Assembly (NCBI GenBank): GCA_965228475.1
Contig: OZ245817.1
Location: 4,064,001 to 4,128,000 of the forward strand
DNA length: 64,000 nucleotides
Source: Myxococcota bacterium
GTDB lineage: Bacteria; Myxococcota_A; UBA9160; JAFDDA01
Direction of reading: 5' to 3'
The translations under genes and the position numbers were made by a program. Of this stretch, positions 1 to 9,666 are shown in pieces (the stretch's first letter is position 1; each line of letters opens with the position of its first letter). The notes under the pieces are model-generated. The model did not search any database, was not told where the DNA came from, and saw only the letters and a list, made by a program, of their open reading frames with translations.

Positions 1-377
1 CCTCCGGGGGCCGGCTCCGGCTCCGGCGAACGGGGGCCCGGCGGCAGGCTCGGCGTCGGTTCTTCTCCCCGGGCCATGGACGCGATCGCCGCCGGCGTGA
101 GGAACGCCTCGAGCAGGCCGTCCACCACCAGCGAACCGATCCCCATCGCGAAGGCCTTGAGCGGGCCCTCGTTGGCCGCGCCCGCGAGCAGCTTCGCGCG
201 CAGCTGCTCGCCGAGGTTGTCACGCAGCACCGGGAAGTCCACGCGCTCCTCGATCGCCACCGCATCGCCCGCGTCGAGCGCCTCGCGCAGATCCCGCGCC
301 GCCAGGAACGGCGCCGCCCACAGGTACCCCCCGACGACCGCCGCCAGGACCAGCAAGACGAAGAACGCTCTCTTCAT
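1..377 (-). CDS. DUF2939-like membrane-anchored protein (3' end runs off the window)
   Basis: Not in ORF track. ATG at 377 with GGAGG upstream; translates MKRAFFVLLVLAAVVGGYLWAAPFLAARDLREALDAGDAVAIEERVDFPVLRDNLGEQL, resembling the DUF2939 pattern (VDFP motif after an N-terminal TM helix). Confidence 0.7.
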   Translation of the reverse strand, partial: MKRAFFVLLVLAAVVGGYLWAAPFLAARDLREALDAGDAVAIEERVDFPVLRDNLGEQLRAKLLAGAANEGPLKAFAMGIGSLVVDGLLEAFLTPAAIASMARGEEPTPSLPPGPRSPEPEPAPG

Positions 378-468
378 GGAACCCTCCAGGCCCTTGGGGC
401 CGGCCCGAAGGTAACGGACGCGCGAGCTCGGCTGGCCGACCCGGATCCGCGCTAGTGTCGCCGGCGCT

Positions 469-909
469 GTGTTCGAGATCGATCACGTCCTGCGCGTCGA
501 GGCGCCCGCGGAGACCGTCTGGCGGGTGATCACGGACTTCGACGCCTACCCGGAGTGGAACCCCTTCGTGGTGGGGTGCGCTTCGACGCTCGTTCCCGGG
601 GATCCGATCGACATGCGGGTCGCGCTGGTCGGCCCGGTGATGCGACAGCGGGAGACGATCTTCGAGCACGAGCCCGGGCGGCGCATGGGCTACGGCCTCG
701 CGCCGAACTTCACCGGGGCACTCGCCAGCAACCGGACCCACGAGGTCGAAGCCCTCGGACCGGCGAGCAGCGAATACCGCTCACACTTCGAGCTCTCGGG
801 GTGGCTGTCGCCGCTGGTGCGCGGGCTGCTCGGCAGCCGACTCGAAGCCGGTTTCGCGGCCATGAGCGAGGGGATCCGGGCGCGCGCGGAGTCGCTCGCG
901 AAGCGCTAG
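469..909 (+). CDS. SRPBCC/polyketide cyclase-dehydrase family protein
   Basis: VEAPAETVWRVITDFDAYPEWNPF N-terminal motif and C-terminal helix typical of SRPBCC. Confidence 0.85.
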   Translation: MFEIDHVLRVEAPAETVWRVITDFDAYPEWNPFVVGCASTLVPGDPIDMRVALVGPVMRQRETIFEHEPGRRMGYGLAPNFTGALASNRTHEVEALGPASSEYRSHFELSGWLSPLVRGLLGSRLEAGFAAMSEGIRARAESLAKR

Positions 910-925
910 CGCCTCGGCGCCGCCG

Positions 926-1525
926 CTAGAGCGGCAGCCAGGAGAAGCCCTCGCCCTTGCGGTAGAAGACGCGGAGCGCCCGGGCGTAGACCGCCTCCTC
1001 CTCGACGAAGCCGAAGAAGCGGCCGTCGCGGCTGTTGCCGCGGGCATCGCCGACCATGAGCAGATGGCCCTCGGGCACGGTGGTCGGGTTGAGATCCGGC
1101 CCGCCGCCGTGGATCAGGTTCAAGCGCACGTCGGGGCCTTCGGGAAAGTGCTCGAGGCCCGGGCGCGCCGGGTCCGAGAGCGGCTGGTCGTTCAGGACGA
1201 GCCGCCCGCCCTTCATCGCCACGCGGTCGCCGGCGACCGCCACGACGCGCTTCACGAGCCGCGTGCCGCTCTCGGGCGAGTCGAAGATCACGACGTCGCC
1301 GCGCTCGGGGGAGTGGTCGCCGCCGAGCTCGATGTTGCTGTACGGCAGGCGCAGGCCGTAGGCGGTCTTGCTCACGAAGACCCGGTCGCCGGGCATGAGG
1401 TTCGGCTCCATGCTCCCGGTCGGGACGACGTAGTGGTCCGCGAAGGATCCCCGCGCCACCACGACGAAGGCGATCACGAGGATGAGCGAAGCATTCTCGC
1501 GAAGCAGCTTGCGAATGCGATCCAA
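926..1525 (-). CDS. lepB: signal peptidase I
   Basis: VPTGSMEPNL (catalytic Ser), LVKRVVAVAGD (catalytic Lys), GDARGNSRDGRFFG; TTG start at 1525 with AGGAG upstream; 3' part of track ORF 926..3508. Confidence 0.9.
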   Translation of the reverse strand: MDRIRKLLRENASLILVIAFVVVARGSFADHYVVPTGSMEPNLMPGDRVFVSKTAYGLRLPYSNIELGGDHSPERGDVVIFDSPESGTRLVKRVVAVAGDRVAMKGGRLVLNDQPLSDPARPGLEHFPEGPDVRLNLIHGGGPDLNPTTVPEGHLLMVGDARGNSRDGRFFGFVEEEAVYARALRVFYRKGEGFSWLPL

Positions 1526-1533
1526 GACGTCTC

Positions 1534-3441
1534 CTAGGGAAGCCGGTCGAGCCGCAGCGCGACGTCGCGCCGGAAGCTCGGCACCTCGACCGTGGGCGGC
1601 CCCTTCACCGGGGGCGCCACGAGGCCCGCGGGCGCGAGGATCGCACCACTCCACGGATCGATCCACCACCCGGCCCAGGTTCCCCCGCGCTGCAACGGGA
1701 GGACGAGGCTCGCCCCGGAGACCTCCGAGAGATCCGGCGAGTAGTACTGGTGCGCGCCGTTCTTCAGCCACGCCAGGACCGTGTCCTTGCCCGAGTAGAC
1801 GTAGGCGGAGACGTCCGCCGCCCCGTCCACCGGTTCGATCGAGTGGCGGAAGCGCTCTTCGGGGAAGTCCACGCCCTGGACGAGCCGGGCGAGCGGCGTG
1901 AGGTGGAAGTACCAGTCCTGCGGGTCGACCACGGAGTCCCACCACCAGGACATCCCCGTCCCGATCCCGCCGCCGAAGAAGCCGGCCCAGACGACGTCGT
2001 GGAAGCCGTCGCCGCCCGGGTCCTCCGCGAGGGTCTCCGGGCCGCCGCGGAAGTCGATGCCGGTCTCGGCCACGAGCACGGGCTTCCCGAACTGCGCCAT
2101 CCGCCCGATGAGCTGCGCGAGGGTCGCCGCGGTCGGGACCTGCACGTTCCAGCCGGAGATCTGATAGGAGTGGAGCTGCACGAAGTCGATCTCGGGCAGC
2201 TCCCAGACGGGCGCGTACTCGAGCGGGAACGTCTCGATGGGCGAGCTCCCGACCCAGGCCGTGAAGGTCATCAGCTCGTCGCTGGTGCTGGTGGTGACGA
2301 GGTGGCGGTTCGGATCGAGCCGCTTGAGCTCCCGGGCCATCTCGCGGTGCCAGGCCACGACCGGCGCGAGGTCCTCGGGCTGATCCGTGAGATCGACCTC
2401 GTTCCACAGCTCCCACGCCATGACGTTCGGCGAGTGCCCGTAGCGGGCGACCACGTAGCGCAGGTAGCGGCGGAAGATCTCGCGGGCGGTCTCGTCGTGG
2501 AAGAAGTCGCGCGGTTCGGCCAGGGGGCCGCCGTTCGCCGCGTTGTAGAGGTTGCTCCCCCAGCCGGAGCCGAAGAAGTCGTCGAGGTCGAAGGGGCCGT
2601 GGTTCTGGACCGAGAGCATGACGTAGACGTCGTGCTCCCGGGCGAGCTCGAGGACGCGGTCGAGCTGCCAGACCCGGTCGAGCCTCGCCGTCCAGTCTTC
2701 CAGCGTCGCCGGGGCGTAGACCAGGCCCATGTCCCAGCTCGGCATCCAGAGGCGGATGTAGTTCCCGCCCGCCGCGGCGAGCTTCGGGATCCACTCCTCG
2801 TAGAGCGCGAGGCGCCGGTTCGACCAGGACATGTTCTCGCCGACGGGAACGAAGGGCGTGCCGTCGTCGAAGACCAGGTAGCGCGGGTCCTTCTCGGAGC
2901 GGCGGATGAAGCCGAGCCCGGGGCGGCCGAGCGGAGCCTGGCCGCCCAGCGTGCTCTCGCCGGGGACGTCCTGACGGCGGCGGATGTGCCCGGTCGACGC
3001 CGGCGGCGCCGGACCCACGACGAAGCGCTCCCACTCGTGGACTTTCTCCGAAGCGCTCGCCTGCTCCCGGTCCTGCGTCGCGTGCAGCCAGCGCCAGCGC
3101 CACTCGCCCGGGACCGTGGGCGTGAAGCGAACCCGCCACTCCTGCGGGCCGACCGCGGTACGGCGCTCCTCGCCGCCGGGCAGGATCTCCCGCTCGTAGT
3201 CCTGGTAGACGAAGCCCGGAGTGCGGACGACGCGGCCGCCGGGCTCGCGGAACTCCGCGTCCACCCGGACCTGGTTCGGATCGAAGGGGTTCTCGGGCCC
3301 GACGGGGACCGGAAGCGTCCGCTCGAAGGTCTCGTAGACCTCCAGATCGGCCGGGCCGGTGGGCACGCAGGCGGGCCCGAGCCAGAGTACGCCGATGATC
3401 CAAAACCAGAGCAAACCGGGCGACTTCCGCAGTTTCGGCAT
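1534..3441 (-). CDS. DUF5060-domain / GH5-like glycoside hydrolase, probable lipoprotein
   Basis: LGPAC lipobox-like; NPFDP...PGF...WRVRFTP...GEW (DUF5060); clan GH-A WELWNE acid/base and PVLVAETG nucleophile motifs. Confidence 0.75.
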   Translation of the reverse strand: MPKLRKSPGLLWFWIIGVLWLGPACVPTGPADLEVYETFERTLPVPVGPENPFDPNQVRVDAEFREPGGRVVRTPGFVYQDYEREILPGGEERRTAVGPQEWRVRFTPTVPGEWRWRWLHATQDREQASASEKVHEWERFVVGPAPPASTGHIRRRQDVPGESTLGGQAPLGRPGLGFIRRSEKDPRYLVFDDGTPFVPVGENMSWSNRRLALYEEWIPKLAAAGGNYIRLWMPSWDMGLVYAPATLEDWTARLDRVWQLDRVLELAREHDVYVMLSVQNHGPFDLDDFFGSGWGSNLYNAANGGPLAEPRDFFHDETAREIFRRYLRYVVARYGHSPNVMAWELWNEVDLTDQPEDLAPVVAWHREMARELKRLDPNRHLVTTSTSDELMTFTAWVGSSPIETFPLEYAPVWELPEIDFVQLHSYQISGWNVQVPTAATLAQLIGRMAQFGKPVLVAETGIDFRGGPETLAEDPGGDGFHDVVWAGFFGGGIGTGMSWWWDSVVDPQDWYFHLTPLARLVQGVDFPEERFRHSIEPVDGAADVSAYVYSGKDTVLAWLKNGAHQYYSPDLSEVSGASLVLPLQRGGTWAGWWIDPWSGAILAPAGLVAPPVKGPPTVEVPSFRRDVALRLDRLP

Positions 3442-3603
3442 GGGCCCATCCTAGGACACGGCGGGCCCCGCCGGGCGCCAATCCATGACGCGGAGCGTGG
3501 GAAAACACCCATAGCGCAGCGCAGCATCCGGATGGGGAGGTCCAGGGTCTAACACCATGAAACCAAAGACATTAGCCAGATGCCGCGGCGCGTCCTTCGC
3601 CCC

Positions 3604-3631
3604 TTGACGCGATGACGCGACGTGTTAAGTT
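3604..3631 (+). promoter_or_regulatory. sigma70-type promoter of phasin-like gene
   Basis: TTGACG-16 nt-TAAGTT with extended -10 TG, in a 270-bp intergenic region. Confidence 0.55.
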
Positions 3632-3711
3632 CTGGGGCGTTCAACCCGAAGGATCACGCCAGAACGATCTGGCGCACGGCCTTAGAGACAACCGAGCGAA
3701 GGAGCATTCCC

Positions 3712-4119
3712 ATGATGGAACAAGCCCAGAACATCGTCGACGAAGGCGTCGACCGCGTCCAGGACGCCATGAAGTCCGCGGACAAGGAATTCCAGAAGGT
3801 GCAGCGCCGCGTGAAGACCCAGCGCCGCACGATCGAGCGCCGCATCGAGAGCCAGCGCAAGAGCTTCGAGAAGGCCGCCCAGAAGCAGATCAAGGGCTTC
3901 GAGAAGGCCGCGCAGAAGCAGATCAACGCGATCCGCAAGACGGACCTCGTGAAGCGCGTCGAGTCCCTCGGCACCGACGTCCAGGAGCAGGTCGAGAGCG
4001 GCATCGAGTCCGTGCTCTCGCTGCTCCAGATCGCGTCCAAGAGCGACGTGAAGCGCGTCGATCGCAAGCTCGCCCGCATCTCCAAGAGACTGAAGGAACT
4101 GGAAGCCCCGCAGGCCTAG
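3712..4119 (+). CDS. phasin-like (PhaF/PhaI-type) granule-associated coiled-coil protein
   Basis: AAGGAG RBS; amphipathic K/E/Q-rich helices; C-terminal VLSLLQIASKSDVKRVDRKLARISKRL resembles poly-granule proteins. Confidence 0.6.
   Translation: MMEQAQNIVDEGVDRVQDAMKSADKEFQKVQRRVKTQRRTIERRIESQRKSFEKAAQKQIKGFEKAAQKQINAIRKTDLVKRVESLGTDVQEQVESGIESVLSLLQIASKSDVKRVDRKLARISKRLKELEAPQA
3863..3926 (+). repeat. 33-bp tandem duplication encoding FEKAAQKQI twice
   Basis: gcttcgagaaggccgcScagaagcagatcaa at 3863 and 3896. Confidence 0.9.
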
Positions 4120-4141
4120 AGCGACCTTCGTCTCCACTCCG

Positions 4142-4180
4142 AGAAGCCCAGCGGTCCCCCCGCTGGGCTTCTTTCTGTTT
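4142..4180 (+). terminator. Rho-independent terminator
   Basis: AGAAGCCCAGCGG / CCGCTGGGCTTCT stem followed by TTCTGTTT. Confidence 0.85.
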
Positions 4181-4227
4181 GGGCCCGGGCCTGTGCTTTA
4201 CTGCCGGGCGCAGCCCAAGGAGCCCCC

Positions 4228-5394
4228 ATGCCGGATTTCAGCGGCCTCGACTTCCTCCGCCTCGACGAAGAATTCACCGACGAAGAGATCATGGCGCGCA
4301 ACGCCGTGCGCGAGTTCGTCAGCAAGGAGTTCCTGCCGGTCATCCAGGAGCACGTGCGGCAGGACGGTTCCTTCCCGATGGAGCTCGTCCCGCGCATCGC
4401 GGAGCTCGGCCTCTTCGGTCCGAACCTCCACGGCTACGGCTGCGCCGGCATGAGCAACGTCGGCTACGGCCTCGTCATGCAGGAGCTCGAGCGCGGCGAT
4501 TCGGGCCTGCGCTCCTTCGCCTCGGTGCAGAGCAGCCTCGTCATGTACCCGATCCACACCTACGGCTCCGACGAACAGAAGGACCGCTGGCTCCCGGCGC
4601 TGTGCTCGGGCGAGGCGATCGGCTGCTTCGGCCTGACCGAGCCGGACTTCGGCAGCCACATCGGCGCCATGCGCACCCAGGCCATCCGCAAAGACGGCGG
4701 CTGGGTGCTGAACGGCACGAAGCGCTGGATCACCAACGGCACGCTCTCCCACGTGGCGCTCGTCTGGGCCCGCACCGAAGAGGGCGTGCGCGGCTTCCTC
4801 GTCCCGACGGACCGCAAGGGCTTCGAAGCCCGCGACATCAAGGGCAAGTTCTCCCTGCGCGGCTCGGTGACGAGCGAGCTCTTCTTCTCCGACGTCGAGC
4901 TCTCGGACGACGAGGTCCTGCCGAACGTCCAGGGCATGAAGGGCCCGCTCTCGTGCCTGACCCAGGCGCGCTACGGCATCGCCTGGGGCGTGCTCGGCGC
5001 GGCGATGGCCTGCTACGAGGAGGCCTTGAACTACTCGCTCGAGCGCGAGGTCGCCGGCGGCCCGCTCGCCGGCAAGCAGCTCACCCAGATGAAGCTCGTC
5101 GAGATGGCCACGGAGATCACCAAGGGCCAGCTCCTCGCCCTGCGCGTCGGCCGGATCAAGGACGCCGGCAAGCTCGAGCACGCCATGGTCAGCATGATCA
5201 AGCGCAACAACGTCGACGTCTCCCTGAAGATCGCCCGAGAAGCCCGCGACCTGCTCGGCGCCAACGGCATCGTCGACGACTACCAGTCCATGCGCCACAT
5301 GGTGAACCTCGAGACCGTGCGCACCTACGAAGGCACCCACGACGTCCACACCCTGATCCTCGGCGAGCACCTCACCGGTCTGCGAGCGCTCTGA
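4228..5394 (+). CDS. gcdH: glutaryl-CoA dehydrogenase-like acyl-CoA dehydrogenase
   Basis: ELERGDSGLRSFASVQSSLVMYPI, GCFGLTEPDFGS, KRWITNG, LETVRTYEGTHDVH are GCDH subfamily signatures. Confidence 0.85.
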   Translation: MPDFSGLDFLRLDEEFTDEEIMARNAVREFVSKEFLPVIQEHVRQDGSFPMELVPRIAELGLFGPNLHGYGCAGMSNVGYGLVMQELERGDSGLRSFASVQSSLVMYPIHTYGSDEQKDRWLPALCSGEAIGCFGLTEPDFGSHIGAMRTQAIRKDGGWVLNGTKRWITNGTLSHVALVWARTEEGVRGFLVPTDRKGFEARDIKGKFSLRGSVTSELFFSDVELSDDEVLPNVQGMKGPLSCLTQARYGIAWGVLGAAMACYEEALNYSLEREVAGGPLAGKQLTQMKLVEMATEITKGQLLALRVGRIKDAGKLEHAMVSMIKRNNVDVSLKIAREARDLLGANGIVDDYQSMRHMVNLETVRTYEGTHDVHTLILGEHLTGLRAL

Positions 5395-5486
5395 AGCGGG
5401 GGGCGTGGCCGCGGCCGGGGCGAATCCCCCACTTCCGTGCGATGCCCCGATTTCAGTCATGCCGGTGAGTTGCCGATCTTCTGCGC

Positions 5487-6398
5487 ATGACGAATCGAGC
5501 GTTCTGGGCGGCCCTGCTGACCTTCCTCGCCACGGGCTGCGTGCATCACACGCAGACCCAGGTCGAGTACGACCCGGTCGACGTGCGCAGCCGGACGGAT
5601 CTGGTCGGGCTGACGGCGCGGCAGTTCGGCTTCGAGCGCGCCCGGCCGGAGATGCTCGACCTCCCGGTCCACCTCGCCTTCGCCTGGGTGCGCGACACGC
5701 GCGCGTTTCCCCACTTCTACGGGACGGACCAGGGGCGCCTGTCCGGGGTCGAACGTCAGGAGCTCTCGGACGTCCTCGGCGCGCGGCTGAACTCCCCGCC
5801 CTTCGCACCGGTGACGCGGATCCCCGCGCCGGCCGCTTCGGGCGGCCCGTCCCCGCTGGCCGTTCCCGCGATGCCGGTCGCCAGCGCGACGCGGCGTGCC
5901 GCCCGCACCGGGAAGCGCCTCGGCGCGGACGTCGTGATCGTCGTCCAGACCCGAAGCGAGGAACTCACGGAGCGGAACCTGCTCTGGCCGGTCGCGAAGA
6001 TCGACCCGTCGAGCCGCATCGTCCCGGGCGAAGACCTCTCGGTGCACGTCCGCGCGGAAGCCTGCGCGGTCTGGGCCGAGCGCGGCGCCCTGATCGAGTG
6101 CCGGGAGGCGACGGGGGATGCCTTCCAGCCCTGGGTCTCGGGGCTCCAGACCGAGGTGATCTTCGCCGACCTCCGCCAGCGCGCCCTCGCCGACGCCCTC
6201 ACCGAGGTAGCCGACGAGATGGTGACGACGCTGCTTCCGCTGACGGCCCCGCCGGAGCTCCGTCCGGAGGACGCGGACGCCGCGATGCCGCCCGAGCCTT
6301 CTCAGGCTCCCGCCGCGGGAACACCCGAAGCCTCGGACGTCAGCCTTCGGTCCGGGCCTTCCGAATCGCCTCGGCGACGCGCCCCTCGGAACTCCTGA
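5487..6398 (+). CDS. hypothetical lipoprotein
   Basis: Signal peptide with LATGC lipobox; no recognisable catalytic motif; overlaps 3' end of murQ. Confidence 0.6.
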   Translation: MTNRAFWAALLTFLATGCVHHTQTQVEYDPVDVRSRTDLVGLTARQFGFERARPEMLDLPVHLAFAWVRDTRAFPHFYGTDQGRLSGVERQELSDVLGARLNSPPFAPVTRIPAPAASGGPSPLAVPAMPVASATRRAARTGKRLGADVVIVVQTRSEELTERNLLWPVAKIDPSSRIVPGEDLSVHVRAEACAVWAERGALIECREATGDAFQPWVSGLQTEVIFADLRQRALADALTEVADEMVTTLLPLTAPPELRPEDADAAMPPEPSQAPAAGTPEASDVSLRSGPSESPRRRAPRNS

Positions 6399-7218
6399 GG
6401 AGCTCGTCCGCCCGCGCCGGCTCGACGCCGGCGAGCTCGCACACGATCCGGCGCGCACGCTGACGCAGTTTCTCCGAGACGGGGTTCAGGTGCGTCATGC
6501 GGTTGCCTTCGACGCGGCCCAGCCGGACCATCGTGGTCGTCGAGAGCAGGTGGAGCATCATCTTCTGGGCGAGCCCGCCCTTCATGCGGGTCGAACCCGC
6601 GATCACCTCGGGCCCGACGGCCAGCACGAGCGCGGTCTCCGCGCGCTTCGCGAGGTCCGAGTCCGGGTCGCAGGTGATGGCGATCCGGCGTGCGCCGACC
6701 TCCGCCGCCGCTTCGAGCCCGGCGAGTGCGAAGGGCGTGCGGCCGCTGGCCGAGATCGCCACGACGGCGTCCTTCTGGCAGAGGGCCCGATCGGCGAGCT
6801 CGCGCTTCGCGGCGGCGGCGTCGTCCTCGGCGCCTTCGATCGATCGCACCAGCGCCTCGGGCCCGCCGGCGACCACCGCCTGCACGCACTCGGGCGACAT
6901 GCCGAAGGTCGGCGGGATCTCGGCGGCGTCGAGCGCCCCCATGCGGCCGCTCGTGCCCGCGCCGACGTTGAACCAGCGCCCCCCGCTGCCGAGCGCCTCG
7001 ACGAGCGCCTCGACGGCCCGGGCGGCCGCCGGCAGCGCGGCCTTCACCGCCGAGAGCGCCTTCCCGTCCTCCGCGTGGATCAGGGCGAGCACCTCTTCCA
7101 CGGGCAGGCGGTCGAGGTCGGAGGAAGCCTTCAGCGCGGTCTCGGTCGGCGCCGCACCGTTGCCCGGCGTCCGGCCCGGAGTTCCCGGCCCCGCCCCGTT
7201 GTTCTCCCGCTCGGCCAT
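6340..7218 (-). CDS. murQ: N-acetylmuramic acid 6-phosphate etherase
   Basis: GAGTSGRMGALDAAEIPPTFG, EGAEDD, ISASGRTP, GPEVIAGSTRMKGGLAQK. Confidence 0.92.
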   Translation of the reverse strand: MAERENNGAGPGTPGRTPGNGAAPTETALKASSDLDRLPVEEVLALIHAEDGKALSAVKAALPAAARAVEALVEALGSGGRWFNVGAGTSGRMGALDAAEIPPTFGMSPECVQAVVAGGPEALVRSIEGAEDDAAAAKRELADRALCQKDAVVAISASGRTPFALAGLEAAAEVGARRIAITCDPDSDLAKRAETALVLAVGPEVIAGSTRMKGGLAQKMMLHLLSTTTMVRLGRVEGNRMTHLNPVSEKLRQRARRIVCELAGVEPARADELLRSSEGRVAEAIRKARTEG

Positions 7219-7279
7219 GGCTTCCTTTCGGCCGGCGCCGGCTCGGATATGACCCCGGAAGCGTGGCTATCCTCTTGCC

Positions 7280-9658
7280 GTGCCGTTGCGCATCGCTGAG
7301 AAGACGCTCGAACGCCTGGAGTGGCCGCGCCTGCGCGAACGGCTGGCGGCGCTCGCCCGGACCCCGGGCGGGCGAGCCCACTGCCTCGAGGGCGACCTCT
7401 TCCACGAAGACGGCGAAGCGGTCCGCGAAGCCCTCGCCGAAACCGCCGAAGCGGCGGCGCTCCTCGGCGCGGGTGCGGACGTCCCGCTCGGCGGCATCCG
7501 CGAGCTCGGCCCGATCTTCCGGCGCCTCGGCAAGGGCGGCGTGCTCGAGGCGCGCGAACTGCTCGACCTCGCCGGCACGCTCCACGCCTTCCATGCGACC
7601 GAGCGCTTCTTCGAGCAGCACGGGGAAACCGCGCCCCGCCTCGCGCGGCGCGCGAACGGGATCGTCCCCCAGCGCGACCTCGCCGAGGAGATCGACCACT
7701 GCATCGACGCCGAGGGCCAGGTCAAGGATTCCGCCTCCCGCGCCCTGCGCGAGGCGCGCTCCGAGGTGCGCTCGCTCTCGGGCGAACTCGAGCGCCGGCT
7801 CGACCGCTACCTCCAGGACCCGGACGTAAAGGCCGCGCTCTCGGACCGCTTCTTCACCATGCGCAACGACCGCTACGTCCTGCCGGTGCGGGCCGACTCG
7901 CGCGGCGCGGTGCGCGGCATCGTCCACGACGCCTCGGGCTCCGGGACGACGCTCTTCATCGAGCCCGAAGCGGTCGTCGAGCTGAACAACCGGCTGAAGA
8001 GCGCCGAGCTGACGATCGAGCGCGAGTGCCTGCGCGTGCTGCGCGAACTCTCGGAGCGGGCCGGCCGCGCCGCCGGCGAGATCCGCGAGAGCCTCGGCGT
8101 GCTCGAAGCCCTCGACGCGATCGGCTGCCGGGCGCGGCTTGCCGAGGCCCTCGACGCGGTCGAGCCGGAGGTCGGCGACGAGGGCATCGTGCGCCTCCCG
8201 CTGCTGCGTCACCCGCTGATCGATCCGGAGGAGGTCGTGCCGAGCGACCTCGCGGTCGGCGAGCACTATCAGGTGCTCGTGATCTCCGGCCCGAACGCCG
8301 GCGGGAAGACCGTCGGCATGAAGGCCCTCGGGCTCGCGGCCCTCCTCACCCACGCGGGCTGCTTCGTCCCCTGCGCCGCGGGGGCGCGCGTCGACGTGCT
8401 GCAGCGCATCGTCGCGGACATCGGCGACGAGCAGGACATCCGCGAGAGCCTCTCCACCTTCTCCGCGCACATGGCGAACCTCGCCGAGATCGTGGCCGGC
8501 GCCGGGCCGGGCACCCTCGTCGTGCTCGACGAGATCGGCCAGGGCACGGACCCGAGCGAGGGGGCCGCCCTCGCCCAGGCGATCCTCGAGGGCCTGGCCG
8601 ACGCGGGGGCTCGGGTGGTCGCGACGACCCACTTCAACCTCCTGAAGGAGATGGCCGAGGTCGACTCCCGCTTCGAGAACGCGAGCGTCGAGTTCCATCC
8701 GGAGACCCTCGCGCCGACCTACCGGCTCCACACCGGAACGCCCGGCGCCTCCTCGGCGACGGCGGTCGCCTCCCGGATGGGCCTGCGCGCCGACGTGCTC
8801 GAGCGCGCGAACGCGCTCCTCGAGCGCGAGGACCGGCGCCTCGACCGCATGCTCTCCGAGCTCGCCGCGAGTCGCGTGACCCTCGACGCGGAGCAGCGCG
8901 AAGCCCGGCGCCTGCGCGACGAGTCCGAAGCCGCCCGCGCCGAGTACCGGGCCAAGCTCGAGCGGCTCCAGGAGCGCCGCGACCAGCTCTTCGAGAGCAT
9001 GAAGACGGACCTCGAGGGCGCCTTCCGCGACGCCCACGGCCAGGTCGCCGCCGTGATCCGGGACCTCCAGCGCGGCGGAACGGCTCGCGACGCCGCCCAC
9101 GCCCGGGAACGCCTGCTCGGCCTCGAGGACCGGGCGCGCGAGGCAGAACGCGAGGTCGAGGCGCGGACGCCCGCCAGCGAGCCGCGCGGAACGCCCATGG
9201 ACTGGCAGCGCGCGAAGCCCGGCGCCGCGGTCGACGTGGTGGGCGTCGGCGCCGGGACCCTCGACAGCCTTCCCGACCGGCGCGGCCGCGTCGCGGTCCA
9301 CGTCGGAACGACGCGCGTCGTCGTCCCGGCCGAGCGGGTGCACGCCGCTCCGGGCACGGCCCCGGCGCGCCGCCGCCCGGCCGACGCCGTCACGGCACCC
9401 ACCCTGGCCGGGGGGACCACCCACTGCGACCTGCGCGGCATGCGCGTCGAGCAGGCTCTCGACGAAGTGGAGCAGGTGCTCGACCGCGCCGCCGGCGACG
9501 GGCGCGACCGCGTCTCCATCGTCCACGGCAAGGGGACGGGCGCGCTCCGCGATGCGATCCGCAGCTACCTGAGCCGCTCTCCCTACGTCGTCCGCTCGAC
9601 GCCGGGCGCGGCCGAAGAAGGCGGCGACGGCGTGACCCTGGTGGATCTCCGGGACTGA
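7280..9658 (+). CDS. mutS2: endonuclease MutS2
   Basis: GIVHDASGSGTTLFIEP, Walker A SGPNAGGKT, SLSTFSAHM, DEIGQGTDP, C-terminal Smr domain (DLRGMR...VHGKGTG). Confidence 0.95.
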   Translation: MPLRIAEKTLERLEWPRLRERLAALARTPGGRAHCLEGDLFHEDGEAVREALAETAEAAALLGAGADVPLGGIRELGPIFRRLGKGGVLEARELLDLAGTLHAFHATERFFEQHGETAPRLARRANGIVPQRDLAEEIDHCIDAEGQVKDSASRALREARSEVRSLSGELERRLDRYLQDPDVKAALSDRFFTMRNDRYVLPVRADSRGAVRGIVHDASGSGTTLFIEPEAVVELNNRLKSAELTIERECLRVLRELSERAGRAAGEIRESLGVLEALDAIGCRARLAEALDAVEPEVGDEGIVRLPLLRHPLIDPEEVVPSDLAVGEHYQVLVISGPNAGGKTVGMKALGLAALLTHAGCFVPCAAGARVDVLQRIVADIGDEQDIRESLSTFSAHMANLAEIVAGAGPGTLVVLDEIGQGTDPSEGAALAQAILEGLADAGARVVATTHFNLLKEMAEVDSRFENASVEFHPETLAPTYRLHTGTPGASSATAVASRMGLRADVLERANALLEREDRRLDRMLSELAASRVTLDAEQREARRLRDESEAARAEYRAKLERLQERRDQLFESMKTDLEGAFRDAHGQVAAVIRDLQRGGTARDAAHARERLLGLEDRAREAEREVEARTPASEPRGTPMDWQRAKPGAAVDVVGVGAGTLDSLPDRRGRVAVHVGTTRVVVPAERVHAAPGTAPARRRPADAVTAPTLAGGTTHCDLRGMRVEQALDEVEQVLDRAAGDGRDRVSIVHGKGTGALRDAIRSYLSRSPYVVRSTPGAAEEGGDGVTLVDLRD

Positions 9659-9666
9659 GACCGGCG

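Noticed and set aside
926..3508. 860-aa ORF suggesting a giant signal peptidase
   Set aside because: Upstream part is an alternative frame of the GH5-like gene; LepB homology starts at TTG 1525 with its own RBS
3549..3576. AT-rich tract CTAACACCATGAAACCAAAGACATTAG as a dif or att site
   Set aside because: Only weak IHF-like similarity; no integrase, tRNA or matching second copy in the window
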